In this document: one piece after another, positions 1 through 10,874 of the stretch
Numbering within the stretch: the first letter of the stretch is position 1
Layout of the letters: each line of letters starts with the position of its first letter
From: Candidatus Poribacteria bacterium
GTDB lineage: Bacteria; Poribacteria; WGA-4E; PCPOR2b
Assembly: GCA_965208675.1 (NCBI GenBank)
Contig: OZ242351.1
Coordinates: forward strand, 2,432,001 to 2,496,000
Direction: 5' to 3'
DNA: 64,000 nt
The notes under the pieces: model-generated
What the model was told of the DNA's origin: nothing
Database searches by the model: none
The model's input: only the letters and a program-made list of their open reading frames with translations
Position numbers and translations under genes: made by a program

Positions 1-30
1 TCCAATGCTGGCTGTTAAACACTATGAGAC

Positions 31-950
31 CCTCCTTTTTTGTGTTGCGGATTAAACCCCTATACAATTCACGCATTCGAACACTCCCAAACAAATCGAT
101 AGTCCCTATGTGCCCGGTGTGTCAGTTCCACAAATCGCCAAAATTTCATAGAAAACTTCCGAGCCATATCCAGCGCAACCTTCTCGAAAACCAGTGCTAG
201 ACTCGATTCACGCCCTTTTTCGCCGCCATCAAATCGTTGTGTTGCGTCGGAAAACTATGAAAACTATGAAATTTTTACAGAATCACTCATTCAATTTAAC
301 CATAACCGAATGAATCTGCGCAACGATTTTCTCAGGGGAATCCCTGTTAGAGTTATCGTAGGTTGGGTTAAGCGGATTATATGAAAGGCGCGAAAAATGT
401 TGAATGGATTTCGATATTTGAATATGTGTGGTAATTGTTAAAGGTAGCGAACCCAACGTTTTTCGTTAATTGCGAGGCGTTCCGGTCACCGGGCGACGTG
501 CGTAAATGCGAAAAGCGTTGGGTTACGCTTCATAATTTCAAAATTTGAACGCCCTCAAATCACGCAACGCACACGGCATACATGCGTCGGTTCGTTAAAA
601 CCGCTCAACCCAACCTACAAAAGCTGCAAAAAACTGTGTTACCTCCCTTTTTGTATGTTACAAATTAAACCCTTAAAAAATTCACGGCTACTGACACTCC
701 CAAAAATACCAGTCGCCCCGATATGCCCGGTGTGGCAGTTGGAAAAAACGCTAAAGTTTCATAGTTAACTCCCGAGTCCGCTTCAGCGTGAACTACGCGA
801 AGACCAGTGCTAGACTGAATTTACGCCCCTTTTTCGCCGCAATCATATCGCCGCGCTGACTCGGAAAACTATGAAAACTATGAAATTTTCACAGAATCAC
901 TCGTTCAATTTAACCATAACCGAATGAATCTGCGCAACGATTTTCTCAGG
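31..950. repeat. Diverged ~305-bp direct repeat (31-336 and 642-950), probably a duplicated minus-strand promoter/leader
   Basis: Copies are colinear throughout; 247-336 vs 861-950 differ at 2 of 90 nt. Both end in an RBS-like GGAGG on the minus strand. Copy 1 precedes a GTG at 20-22 of a gene running off the window. Confidence 0.85.
358..618. repeat. REP/REPIN-like palindromic element
   Basis: Terminal inverted repeats GTAGGTTGGGTTAAGCGG (358-375) and CCGCTCAACCCAACCTAC (601-618), 17/18 match. Inner AACCCAACG/CGTTGGGTT pair. Related sequences near 2454 and 47308-47490. Confidence 0.8.
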
Positions 951-1020
951 CGCATCCCTAACAACCGAATTCAACCCGGATCTATGCCGGACACTTGCAA
1001 CGCTAGGCTTTGTTTGCGTG

Positions 1021-1049
1021 TTGACACGGTATTCGCGATGATTTAAAAT
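1021..1049 (+). promoter_or_regulatory. sigma70-type promoter
   Basis: TTGACA-17 nt-TAAAAT upstream of the acyltransferase pair. Confidence 0.6.
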
Positions 1050-1202
1050 ATCGCATATCCCCAGAGAAGTTGAGTTTTGTTCGGCAATGCCGCCCTAAGC
1101 ACGCGAAATTCATTTCCACAATACGGACTAGGCAGTAAGGTAGCAACGCTGTAAACCATGCAGATTTGGGTTTCAGATGTTTCCTGATTTTGGAGTGATT
1201 CG

Positions 1203-2425
1203 ATGCTAGATTTCAAGCCGCCTAAAGAGAATCGAATCGTAATCGGTACCGTCAAGCTAATGTTACCGCTGCTCATGCGGCTTTCCCGAAAGGTTGCACA
1301 TGTAGATATTGACCGCGAATCCCTCAATAGATTGAAATCAATTGAAGGCGTTCCAACGATTCTCGTGCCGAATCATCCAACCTACGCTGACCCGCATGTG
1401 ATGTTTGCGGTGTCACAACGCTGTGGGGAGCGATTTCGCTATATGGCAGCACGAGAGACCTTTGACCGGTTAACTTGGGGAAATGGAGAGGGTTTTTCAT
1501 GGCTCGGCTTGGTGCCTATTCAGTAGCGCGTAGTGCCGTAGACCGCGACTCATTTAGGCTGACACGAGAAACGCTGACCAACGGGAAGCAGAAGTTAGTT
1601 ATCTTCGGCGAAGGGGTAATCTCGCATCAGAACGAGACTATTATGCCGTTTCAAAGTGGGATTGTACAGTTCGGATTCTGGGCGCTCCATGATATGGAAA
1701 AGGCGGGTAACCTCAAACCACTCTACCTTGTACCGGTCGGGCTTAAGTACATCTACAAGAAAGATATGTGGCGTGAAATTGAGCAGGCACTTACGAATCT
1801 GGAACATAACGTCCTATCTGAGCATATCGATCCGCCGACTAAATTGTGCGACCGAGTGAAGCATGTTGGATCGAGACTACTGATGACGCTGGCGAAAAAA
1901 TATCACCTGAATCTAAGCGAGGAAAGTTCACTGAATGAGCGTATCGAACTGATGAGAGAACACATTCTGTCCCAGATGGAGAACTTCATGGCAATCGTTC
2001 CCCAACCCGACTGGCGTCCACTCAGGCGGGTTCGTGCCATTCAGAAACAGATAGATGAAGTAACTTACCGTGATGTGGATGAGATGACCGAATATGAGAA
2101 GGTGATTCACATACAGCGCATTGACAGATTTCGACTATTTTTCAAAGACCTGCGCCGCATTGTGAACTCGATTGCGATTTACGAGGGGTACATCGGCGAA
2201 CAGCCATCTCAAGAACGCTTTCTGGAAGTCATTACACGGCTTGAAATGGAGGTCTTCGGCCGCTCAAAAGTCAAAGGTCCCCTAGATGCTTTCGTTCGGA
2301 TTGGTACGCCCAAAAATCTGCTGGATACCTATGAAGCCTACAAGAAAGAGAAAAGACAAACCACACAGCAAATTACCCTGGAATTAGAAACGGAAGTTCA
2401 AAATATCGTTGCGAGCATGCCGTAG
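1203..2425 (+). pseudogene. Frameshifted phospholipid/glycerol acyltransferase (PlsC-like), copy 1
   Basis: ORFs 1203-1526 (NHPTYAD motif) and 1475-2425 (FGEG motif) together align with intact paralog 2633-3859. The -1 shift falls at TGGGGAAAT (1476-1484). Confidence 0.8.
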
Positions 2426-2632
2426 GTGTGTCCGATTAAATAACCCAAGTGCTGTAGGTAGGGTTGAACGGCAATTCATGAAAGATTACATGCAGCAGAG
2501 AATCTCTAGAGCCTCCGCACATGAACAAGTACGATAAACTCCCGTGCGCGCCTGTGATAAGACGCGAAATGCACCTACACAGTACGTCCCGCATGACCTC
2601 CTTAAAATAGATATTTGATTTGGAGTAATCTG

Positions 2633-3859
2633 ATGCTGGATTTCAAACCGCCGAAAGAGAACCGAGTTTTTATCGGTACCGTCAAGCTAATGTTACCGCT
2701 GCTCATGCGGCTCTCCCAGCGGGTGCAACATGTAGACATTGACCGCGTATCCCTTGATCGCCTCAAATCAACCGACGAATTCCCAACGATCCTGGTGCCT
2801 AACCATCCGAGCCGCGCAGACCCGCATGTGATGTTTGCCCTCTCAAATCGAGGCGGCAAGCCATTTCGGTTTATGTGCGCGCGGGAGACCTTTGACCGCA
2901 AGTTGGCAGGGATGAAATGCCGAGGATTTTTCATGACCCGGCTCGGCAGCTATTCTGTCGTGCGCGGCGCCGTAGACCGCGATTCATTCCGGTTGACTCG
3001 TGCCATGTTATCCAAAGGCGCACAAAAGCTGGTTGTCTTCGGCGAAGGGGAAATCTCGCATCAGAACGAGACCATCATGCCGTTTGAAAGCGGGGTCGCG
3101 CAGTTCGGGTTCTGGGCGCTCCACGATATGGAACGCGCGGACGATCTCAAACCGCTTTACCTCTTACCAATCGGGCTAAAGTACATCTACAAGAAAGACA
3201 TGTGGGGCGAAATTGAGCAGGCGCTGTTAAATCTGGAACACAGCGTTTTGCCTGAAGACGCAGAACCTCCAACAGATTTATATGACCGCGTGAAATATGT
3301 TGGAGGCAGCCTGCTGGGGACACTGGCGAGGGAATACCGCCTGCGTATAAACGAAGGGAGTTCACTGAATGAACGAATCGAACTCATGCGAGAACACATT
3401 CTGTCCCAGATGGAGAGTTTCATGGAACTCGCGCCTCAACCGGACTGGCATCCGCTCAGGCGGGTTCGCGCCATTCAGAACCGAATAGATGGAGAAATTT
3501 ACCGGGAGGTGGAGGAGATGACCGAATATGAGAGAGGCGTTCATGCGCAGCGGGTTGATAAGTTTCGGCAATTTTACACAGATCTGCGCCGCATTGTGAA
3601 CTCGATTGCAATCTACGAGGGGTATATCGGCGAAAATCCGTCTCAAGAACGATTCCTGGAAGTTATCACTCGGCTGGAAGTAGAGGTCTTCGGCCGCTCG
3701 AAAGTCAAAGGCCCGCTAGATGCGTTCGTTCGGATTGGCAACCCCAAAAATCTCCTAGCCTTCTACGAAGCCTACAAGAAGGAAAAGAGGCAGATTACTC
3801 AGCAAGTGACGCTGGAGTTAGAAACAGAAGTTCAGAAAATTGTAGCAGATATGCCGTAG
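2633..3859 (+). CDS. 1-acyl-sn-glycerol-3-phosphate acyltransferase family protein, copy 2
   Basis: NHPSRAD (HX4D) and VFGEG motifs; start at ATG 2633 by alignment with copy 1 and GGAG RBS. Confidence 0.85.
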   Translation: MLDFKPPKENRVFIGTVKLMLPLLMRLSQRVQHVDIDRVSLDRLKSTDEFPTILVPNHPSRADPHVMFALSNRGGKPFRFMCARETFDRKLAGMKCRGFFMTRLGSYSVVRGAVDRDSFRLTRAMLSKGAQKLVVFGEGEISHQNETIMPFESGVAQFGFWALHDMERADDLKPLYLLPIGLKYIYKKDMWGEIEQALLNLEHSVLPEDAEPPTDLYDRVKYVGGSLLGTLAREYRLRINEGSSLNERIELMREHILSQMESFMELAPQPDWHPLRRVRAIQNRIDGEIYREVEEMTEYERGVHAQRVDKFRQFYTDLRRIVNSIAIYEGYIGENPSQERFLEVITRLEVEVFGRSKVKGPLDAFVRIGNPKNLLAFYEAYKKEKRQITQQVTLELETEVQKIVADMP

Positions 3860-4034
3860 TCGCGTCCGCGCAGAAAGCACAGCCTGTAGAATGGTCAACA
3901 AGATGTTCTGCGCACGTTGTATTTCCATCGAAGGATTTTCACCCTTGCTAAACGCGAGCTAAAGGAGGGCGGCACGACTGGAGATTTTCCGCTTCGCAAC
4001 TCGAGATTCCGGTTCGTTACGCCGAGTCGTCTGC

Positions 4035-4496
4035 TTATTGATGTGCTCTCAATACCTCGATACGCCGTTCTGCGGCTGGGCTTAGATGATGCATCCGATA
4101 TTGACTTGACAACAATTCAAATACTTCAATCGCTTTTTTTATCTTGCCAATTTTTACATAGGATTCTGCCTGCCAATACATTGACCGCGCAACCACGCTA
4201 CTCGGTTCTTGCAGTTGCTGTTCTACATTCTCTTCAGCCTTCTCAGAGGATTCTTTGGTCGATGGTGTTTCGTTTTCGATTGCATTTTGAAAATGCTTAA
4301 TGGCTTGTTGAAAATTGTAATCGTCGTGGTATGCTTTGAAACCGAGATAAAAACTCTGGTTACGGTCACGAAGAAACATCAATCGATTCTCAACCGCCTC
4401 TAACGGGCTGAGCACGAATTCATCGGCTGGTTCGTCAAATGGTTCCTGAAAAATTGATGTTTCATCAAATTCTTGATTTTCTAGAATGTCATCCAT
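4035..4496 (-). CDS. Tetratricopeptide-repeat protein (BamD/YbgF-like TPR)
   Basis: TPR-like helices YLGFKAY..FQQAIKHFQ and SMYWQAESYVKIGKIKKAIEVF; GGAG RBS. Confidence 0.65.
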   Translation of the reverse strand: MDDILENQEFDETSIFQEPFDEPADEFVLSPLEAVENRLMFLRDRNQSFYLGFKAYHDDYNFQQAIKHFQNAIENETPSTKESSEKAEENVEQQLQEPSSVVARSMYWQAESYVKIGKIKKAIEVFELLSSQYRMHHLSPAAERRIEVLRAHQ

Positions 4497-4894
4497 GCAA
4501 CGCTCCTTCTGTTATGATTTTCGGTACTCCGAAAAGATTATAGATTACTATGCTATACATGCGTCAAATGTAGATGCTAGGTTTAAAAGGGATATGAACG
4601 GATAGGACATGCGCGCGATTGGCGTTTGGAGAGTACAGAAGATAGGACATGGAGGGTAGAAACCAAGACAAAATTCCGCAGATGTGCTCTGTCTTCCCTC
4701 TTTCACCCGAGTTCTTTCCAGCTTCTACCAGTTCCTTGAATGACGATTCCCGGTTTGGATGTTTTGAGTATTACCGTCGGGCAACTTTTACAGTCCCAAG
4801 AGCACCTCAACACCGATGAAGGACGTGGACAGCCCTGCCCTTCATACCTAGACTGGCAGCCAATCAGTAGCCGTTTACGGAAAAGACATCTCTC

Positions 4895-5308
4895 TCAAGC
4901 ATGCGACTTGAGATACAACGCTAACAAATCGTGCGCAGTAATAACGTTTACTGCGAGCGAGTCTAGCGACAGGAGAAGTTCGTTTGTATCCAAATTCTCT
5001 AATGCTAGGCTATCAACCAATACAATTCGCTTGTCATCCGACTCCGTTGAATCAATCCCGAAGCAGGTTGGAAGGATTTCGGTGTTTTGGTCAAGAATCT
5101 TTTCGTAAATCTCTTCGACGTTCGTCGTATTGAGGTCGTTTACACTGCATAAGTCCACCATAAATTCTATCTGTGATTCATCTACAGCGGCAAAGATATT
5201 CAGTCCGTCCTCATCTTGGATGATAAGAATTGAACCGTCTTCCTCTACACTATAACCTTGGGCGTTCAGAAATGCTGTAATCTCCGCCTGTGTGCTAATC
5301 TTTGACAT
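4895..5308 (-). CDS. YjfI/DUF2170-like (CesT chaperone-fold) protein
   Basis: Acidic 137-aa protein with LPTCFGID...LENLDTNELLLSLDSLA, directly downstream of a PspA-family gene as in yjfI-yjfJ. Confidence 0.6.
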   Translation of the reverse strand: MSKISTQAEITAFLNAQGYSVEEDGSILIIQDEDGLNIFAAVDESQIEFMVDLCSVNDLNTTNVEEIYEKILDQNTEILPTCFGIDSTESDDKRIVLVDSLALENLDTNELLLSLDSLAVNVITAHDLLALYLKSHA

Positions 5309-5375
5309 TGCTCCACTCCTTTACGCTGCGGGACAAACAGAAACCGTATTCGCATTGCGTCCCAGCTTCCGATGC

Positions 5376-6071
5376 TTAACCGCTGCTGCTAGCACTGCTA
5401 GCGCCTGCACTCATCTTCGCTTTCAACGCCGCCAGATCATCGTCGACACTGCCGTCCTTTTCAAGCGCTGCGAACTCATCTTCAAGTGTGTCGTGCTCAA
5501 GTTCAGCCATTTCTGCCGCTGCGTCTGCACGGGCTTCGATGTCCGAAACTTTGGCTTCCATTCGATCGAAACTCGCAAAAGCGCTATTATCCTTCATACC
5601 CGCCATGGTCTCATGAATGGCTTTTTGAGCTTTGGCTCGCTTCTGTCGAGAGATGAGCAGGTCTTTTTTACGTCTTGCCTCTTCAATTTTTCGTTCAAGC
5701 GTTCGGAGATTCTCTTTTAGCATCTCGACAGCCTGTTTCTGCTTCTCCCACTGTTCCTTGTACCCACTGGCGGTACTCGCATGTTCGTTACGGCGGGAGA
5801 GCGCCTGTCTTGCCAGCTCTTCATTGTCCTTCTGCAGTGCCAAGGTGGCTTTCTGTTCCCACTGCTCTGCCTGACCTTGCTCTTGCTCATAATCTTTTTG
5901 GAGCTGCTTCTCATTAGCAATTGCGGCTGCGACCTGTTGCTTGACTTTCACCAATTGCTCTTGCATCTCCGTTGTAATCTGATTTAGCATCTTTTCCGGA
6001 TCTTCTGCTTTGTCCAATGCAGCGTTTACATTGGATTTGAATATGGTTGAAACCCGATCAAAAAACCCCAT
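5376..6071 (-). CDS. pspA: PspA/IM30 family phage shock protein
   Basis: MGFFDRVSTIFKSNVNAALDKAEDPEKML N-terminus, coiled coil, DDDLAALKAKM end. Confidence 0.92.
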   Translation of the reverse strand: MGFFDRVSTIFKSNVNAALDKAEDPEKMLNQITTEMQEQLVKVKQQVAAAIANEKQLQKDYEQEQGQAEQWEQKATLALQKDNEELARQALSRRNEHASTASGYKEQWEKQKQAVEMLKENLRTLERKIEEARRKKDLLISRQKRAKAQKAIHETMAGMKDNSAFASFDRMEAKVSDIEARADAAAEMAELEHDTLEDEFAALEKDGSVDDDLAALKAKMSAGASSASSSG

Positions 6072-6362
6072 TATTTGTCTCCTTTTCGCTGACTGGCTTA
6101 GTGGTATCTGCCCAAAGCCTATATAGTAGAATCAGATCAAATTATAGCCGAAAATTTGGCGCGTGCCAACCTAAAAAGTCAATCATTGCTAAACAAGTGC
6201 ATAGCATTAAGTTCGGCAGGTAAATCCCAACCTTTGAAAATGAGCAATCCTAATCTAACCCTCAAAATATGTCCTCCATTGAGCCATCGGGTTCGAGGAT
6301 GTTGCGCACAACAATTAATCTTGTGTTCTCATTGGCGCAGTTCAGGATTAGGGTTTTTCCAA

Positions 6363-6391
6363 TTGACAGTCACCGCTATGCACTATACAAT
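6363..6391 (+). promoter_or_regulatory. sigma70-type promoter for tgt
   Basis: TTGACA-17 nt-TACAAT. Confidence 0.65.
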
Positions 6392-6499
6392 ACGCCGTAA
6401 CAACCGAGTTACGCAGCACTTACTCGCCGCGTCAATCGCTACGAATGCCACGCGATAAATACCATCTGTACCTTGAATATATCAGACTGACTGAACTGA

Positions 6500-7696
<1,197 letters not shown>

Positions 7697-7880
7697 AAAT
7701 AGGTGATTCGTTCCTTCCAAGATTGCCGAGAACGACCTCAATGCCGCGGCGAATAATTGTGCTTCAAGTCGGACAATCGGGCGAATCTATATTCAGTCAG
7801 TAGTAAAGGGGCAAAAACTCTCTGCCGATAACCGGTGTTTTCATGAAAAAAGGATAGGCAGAACTTACTTGTGATTTTTT

Positions 7881-8678
7881 ATGAAATTAGGCGCAAATTC
7901 CGTTCTGTTCGGCGGACATGATTTGGAAGCCGCCTTTAAGTATACCGCGCTAGCTGGATACGACGGTATCGAGTTGTCCGCGATTAATGGCATGAGCGAA
8001 CATCTCGTCCTTGACCGCTGGAGAGAACTTGCACCGATAATTAGGCGGCTTTCGCGGGAATATGACCTTGAGCTTCTAGCTATGGAACAGCCTACCCACG
8101 ATCCGGACGTGATGGAACGTGCCTTTCAGGCTGCGGTCGAAATCGGCATTCCAATTGTCAACTGCGGCCCCGGAGGGAAATCCAACGACGAAGAAGCCTG
8201 GCCGAATATTATCGAAGCGCTCGGCAATCTAACGCTGATGGCGGAGCGCTACGGCGTGATATTGTGTGTGAAAGCGCATGTGGGTTGCAGTATTTACAAC
8301 ACGCCAACAACCCTGCGCGCTATGGAAGAGATATCATCACCGGCGTTCGGTATTGATATGGACCCGTCACACATTCATCGCGCCGGAGAGAATCCTGTTG
8401 AAGCCATCGCCGCAGTCATTCCCCGGGTAAAACATGTACATATCCGGGATTGCAAGGGACGGGATCGAAATCCGGGAAAGCCGGAAATGCAAGCAAACGG
8501 TCGAGGCGATATAGATTTGGTCGGATACATCCACGTGCTGCATGAATACGGTTATTCCGGTCCCGTCAACTTAGAGATTATCGGCGCCAAGGACTACGGC
8601 ATTGAGCGTTGCTGCATTATCGCCGCCGAATCGCTAGGGTACATGCAGGCTTGCCTGAAAGCATGCGGTGCACGATAG
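7881..8678 (+). CDS. Sugar phosphate isomerase/epimerase (xylose isomerase-like TIM barrel)
   Basis: AGYDGIEL, DMDPSH, HVHIRD, GRGDID, GYSGPVNLE motifs. Confidence 0.85.
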   Translation: MKLGANSVLFGGHDLEAAFKYTALAGYDGIELSAINGMSEHLVLDRWRELAPIIRRLSREYDLELLAMEQPTHDPDVMERAFQAAVEIGIPIVNCGPGGKSNDEEAWPNIIEALGNLTLMAERYGVILCVKAHVGCSIYNTPTTLRAMEEISSPAFGIDMDPSHIHRAGENPVEAIAAVIPRVKHVHIRDCKGRDRNPGKPEMQANGRGDIDLVGYIHVLHEYGYSGPVNLEIIGAKDYGIERCCIIAAESLGYMQACLKACGAR

Positions 8679-8855
8679 AATCGGAGCAAACTCGGCAGGG
8701 CGCTTTCGACATGTAATCGCCGCGGTTAGATGTGCCGATTAATCAAATCGAACAGAGGTGTTTCGAAAATTAAACAGGTTTCACAAGTCTCTAAAACAGC
8801 GGCTTTAAGTGCTGTGAATCTCCGCGGCCACTTTTTACCGCGAACGCTGCCGCGG

Positions 8856-10706
8856 TCAGCCAGCCCTCAACGACACGACAGGCAGATACAACCCTTTCCG
8901 CTCACGCCGCCACCACGCGCCTTCCGCCTGTTTCGTATCGAAATCGGTGAACTGATAATCGTATAGGACAGCGCGGATGTATCGCGGCGGCGCATCGGGG
9001 AATGGGTTCTCTTCGAGCAGACCCAAGACTTCGGGCGACCCTTGCAGCAAACGCTCAATAAATTCTACAAACCAGCGATTCGTCCGATAACTTCCAAGCG
9101 CGGCAAACCACATCTGCCAGTCCAGTCGCGGCTGATGCGGCGCCGCCCAGCGCGGACGACCCGTCAAATCGACCGGTTTCCACTTAAACGAGTATTCGGT
9201 CCATGTCTGGCGGTCGTTGCTCCCTTCGACGACAATCTCCGGTCGAGACGTCGTCATCACAGCAAACAGGCCGTAGGAATTAATGCTCCGGAAGGGTGAA
9301 GCCCAGTTCAGGACATGTTGGGCGGGCTGCGGCAAACTCGATCCCCGCTGGAATAAACGCGCCATCTGAATACCGCTCACCAGAAGCACAACCACTGTTA
9401 GCGCGGCTACCCACACGTTTCGATAGTGTGAGTTCCTCGGCACCGCCTCTGGCGCATTGAACCTTGAGAACAACCGTTTCAGCGGAATGCCCTGAAAAAA
9501 AGTGTCGTCGAGCAACAGGATACATAGCGCGATGGTCAGTAGATTGAAGAAGCAATAGTTGCCTGTCGCTATAATCAGGAGTTGTAAGGCGAGGAATGCT
9601 GCGCATGCTACAAACCGCAGCCGCCGCGGCGCGAAAATCAGGAAGGGCACACCGAGTTCAATGACGAACATCCCCACAACGGATACGGACTGGAACCAGT
9701 CGGGCAGTTGATGGGCATACCAGCTTATCCACGTCGGCAGCGGCTGCGTTTCGTAATGATAATTGAGCGCGGTCAGGTTGCGCCAAGTTTCATCGGCGCT
9801 CACTAATTTCACGGCCCCCGACGCAAACATGAGCCGAAACAATAGCCATCGTAACAACCACAATACCGTCGGCGACGGCGGGGATTTGCGCGAGGACTTC
9901 GGCAGAATCTGCGATGGCGCAAAAAAAATCGCCAGAAAGCCGGTTTCCAACAGTAAAACATCCCACTGAAAACTAAGGAAATCTTGGCCAATCGCTGCCA
10001 GCGAAAGGTAAAATGCCCATAGCCCAATCAGTGCATAAATCGGCGCAAACCCAAAAATGAGCAATATCGACAAAAGCGTTCCGCAGCCACAAAGGAGATG
10101 CAAGAAACCGTCGCTGGTGTTGAGCCAATACAGCGTTGGGATTAACCGATAGCGCTCGTGGCCGCTTTGCGCCCGCACGGCTTCAAGATATTCCTGTGCG
10201 GGCAATATGCCTTTGCTCCCCACCAGTCCGTCAATCTGCGTCCACAACGAGATGAATGCGATGAGGTAAACCGCACCGAGCATTCGGAGGAACAGCCATC
10301 GAGTAAATTGGTATTCGGGGCGCCCCTCATGTTCCCCCCACAACCATCTGGTCAATGCGGAGAAAATGCCCCGATGCTCTGCAATGAATCGGTAAACCCA
10401 CTCGGTTGACGAGGAAAATCCCGGAATCCTACGATACATCCACAGCGGCCATCCCATGCGCGGCGCGTGACCGAGTGTGCGAAAAACCGCTTCAGCGCCG
10501 CCGTACACTTCTCCATTCGGTTCAACGAATAGTACCGCGGTTTCGAACCGTTCCGGCGAAATTTCAGGAAATCGGCTAGCAACTTGGGATGACGGCGCAT
10601 ATCTAACAAGATTACCCGTTAAGTGCCGCCACCGGGCAACCCAAAAACGGCAGAATTTACATTCGCCGTCGTAAACTAGCAAGGGTATGTCCGTGTTCGT
10701 CCTCAT
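8856..10706 (-). CDS. DCC1-like thiol-disulfide oxidoreductase (DUF393) fused to lipase maturation factor (LMF1) domain
   Basis: N-terminal YDGECKFC; LMF motifs FQWDVLLLETG, YHYETQPLP, APHQPRLDWQMWFAAL. Confidence 0.9.
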   Translation of the reverse strand: MRTNTDIPLLVYDGECKFCRFWVARWRHLTGNLVRYAPSSQVASRFPEISPERFETAVLFVEPNGEVYGGAEAVFRTLGHAPRMGWPLWMYRRIPGFSSSTEWVYRFIAEHRGIFSALTRWLWGEHEGRPEYQFTRWLFLRMLGAVYLIAFISLWTQIDGLVGSKGILPAQEYLEAVRAQSGHERYRLIPTLYWLNTSDGFLHLLCGCGTLLSILLIFGFAPIYALIGLWAFYLSLAAIGQDFLSFQWDVLLLETGFLAIFFAPSQILPKSSRKSPPSPTVLWLLRWLLFRLMFASGAVKLVSADETWRNLTALNYHYETQPLPTWISWYAHQLPDWFQSVSVVGMFVIELGVPFLIFAPRRLRFVACAAFLALQLLIIATGNYCFFNLLTIALCILLLDDTFFQGIPLKRLFSRFNAPEAVPRNSHYRNVWVAALTVVVLLVSGIQMARLFQRGSSLPQPAQHVLNWASPFRSINSYGLFAVMTTSRPEIVVEGSNDRQTWTEYSFKWKPVDLTGRPRWAAPHQPRLDWQMWFAALGSYRTNRWFVEFIERLLQGSPEVLGLLEENPFPDAPPRYIRAVLYDYQFTDFDTKQAEGAWWRRERKGLYLPVVSLRAG

Positions 10707-10874
10707 CTATTGATAGCAGATTGCGAATTGACTCCGCATCACACCGCGCTTGGAAAAACCATTCTAATCAGGCCGCAGTAACACGCCATTTATAATCAGC
10801 TGCATCACAACTCTCCCACATTGCCCTGAAAATGGAATGCTGGACCATACGCAGAGTCTATAACCGCCCGCCGG

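Noticed and set aside
6156-6169. TTGGCACGCGCCAA upstream of pspA as a sigma-54 promoter
   Set aside because: The -24 element is present but there is no TTGC at -12; it may only be a short palindrome.
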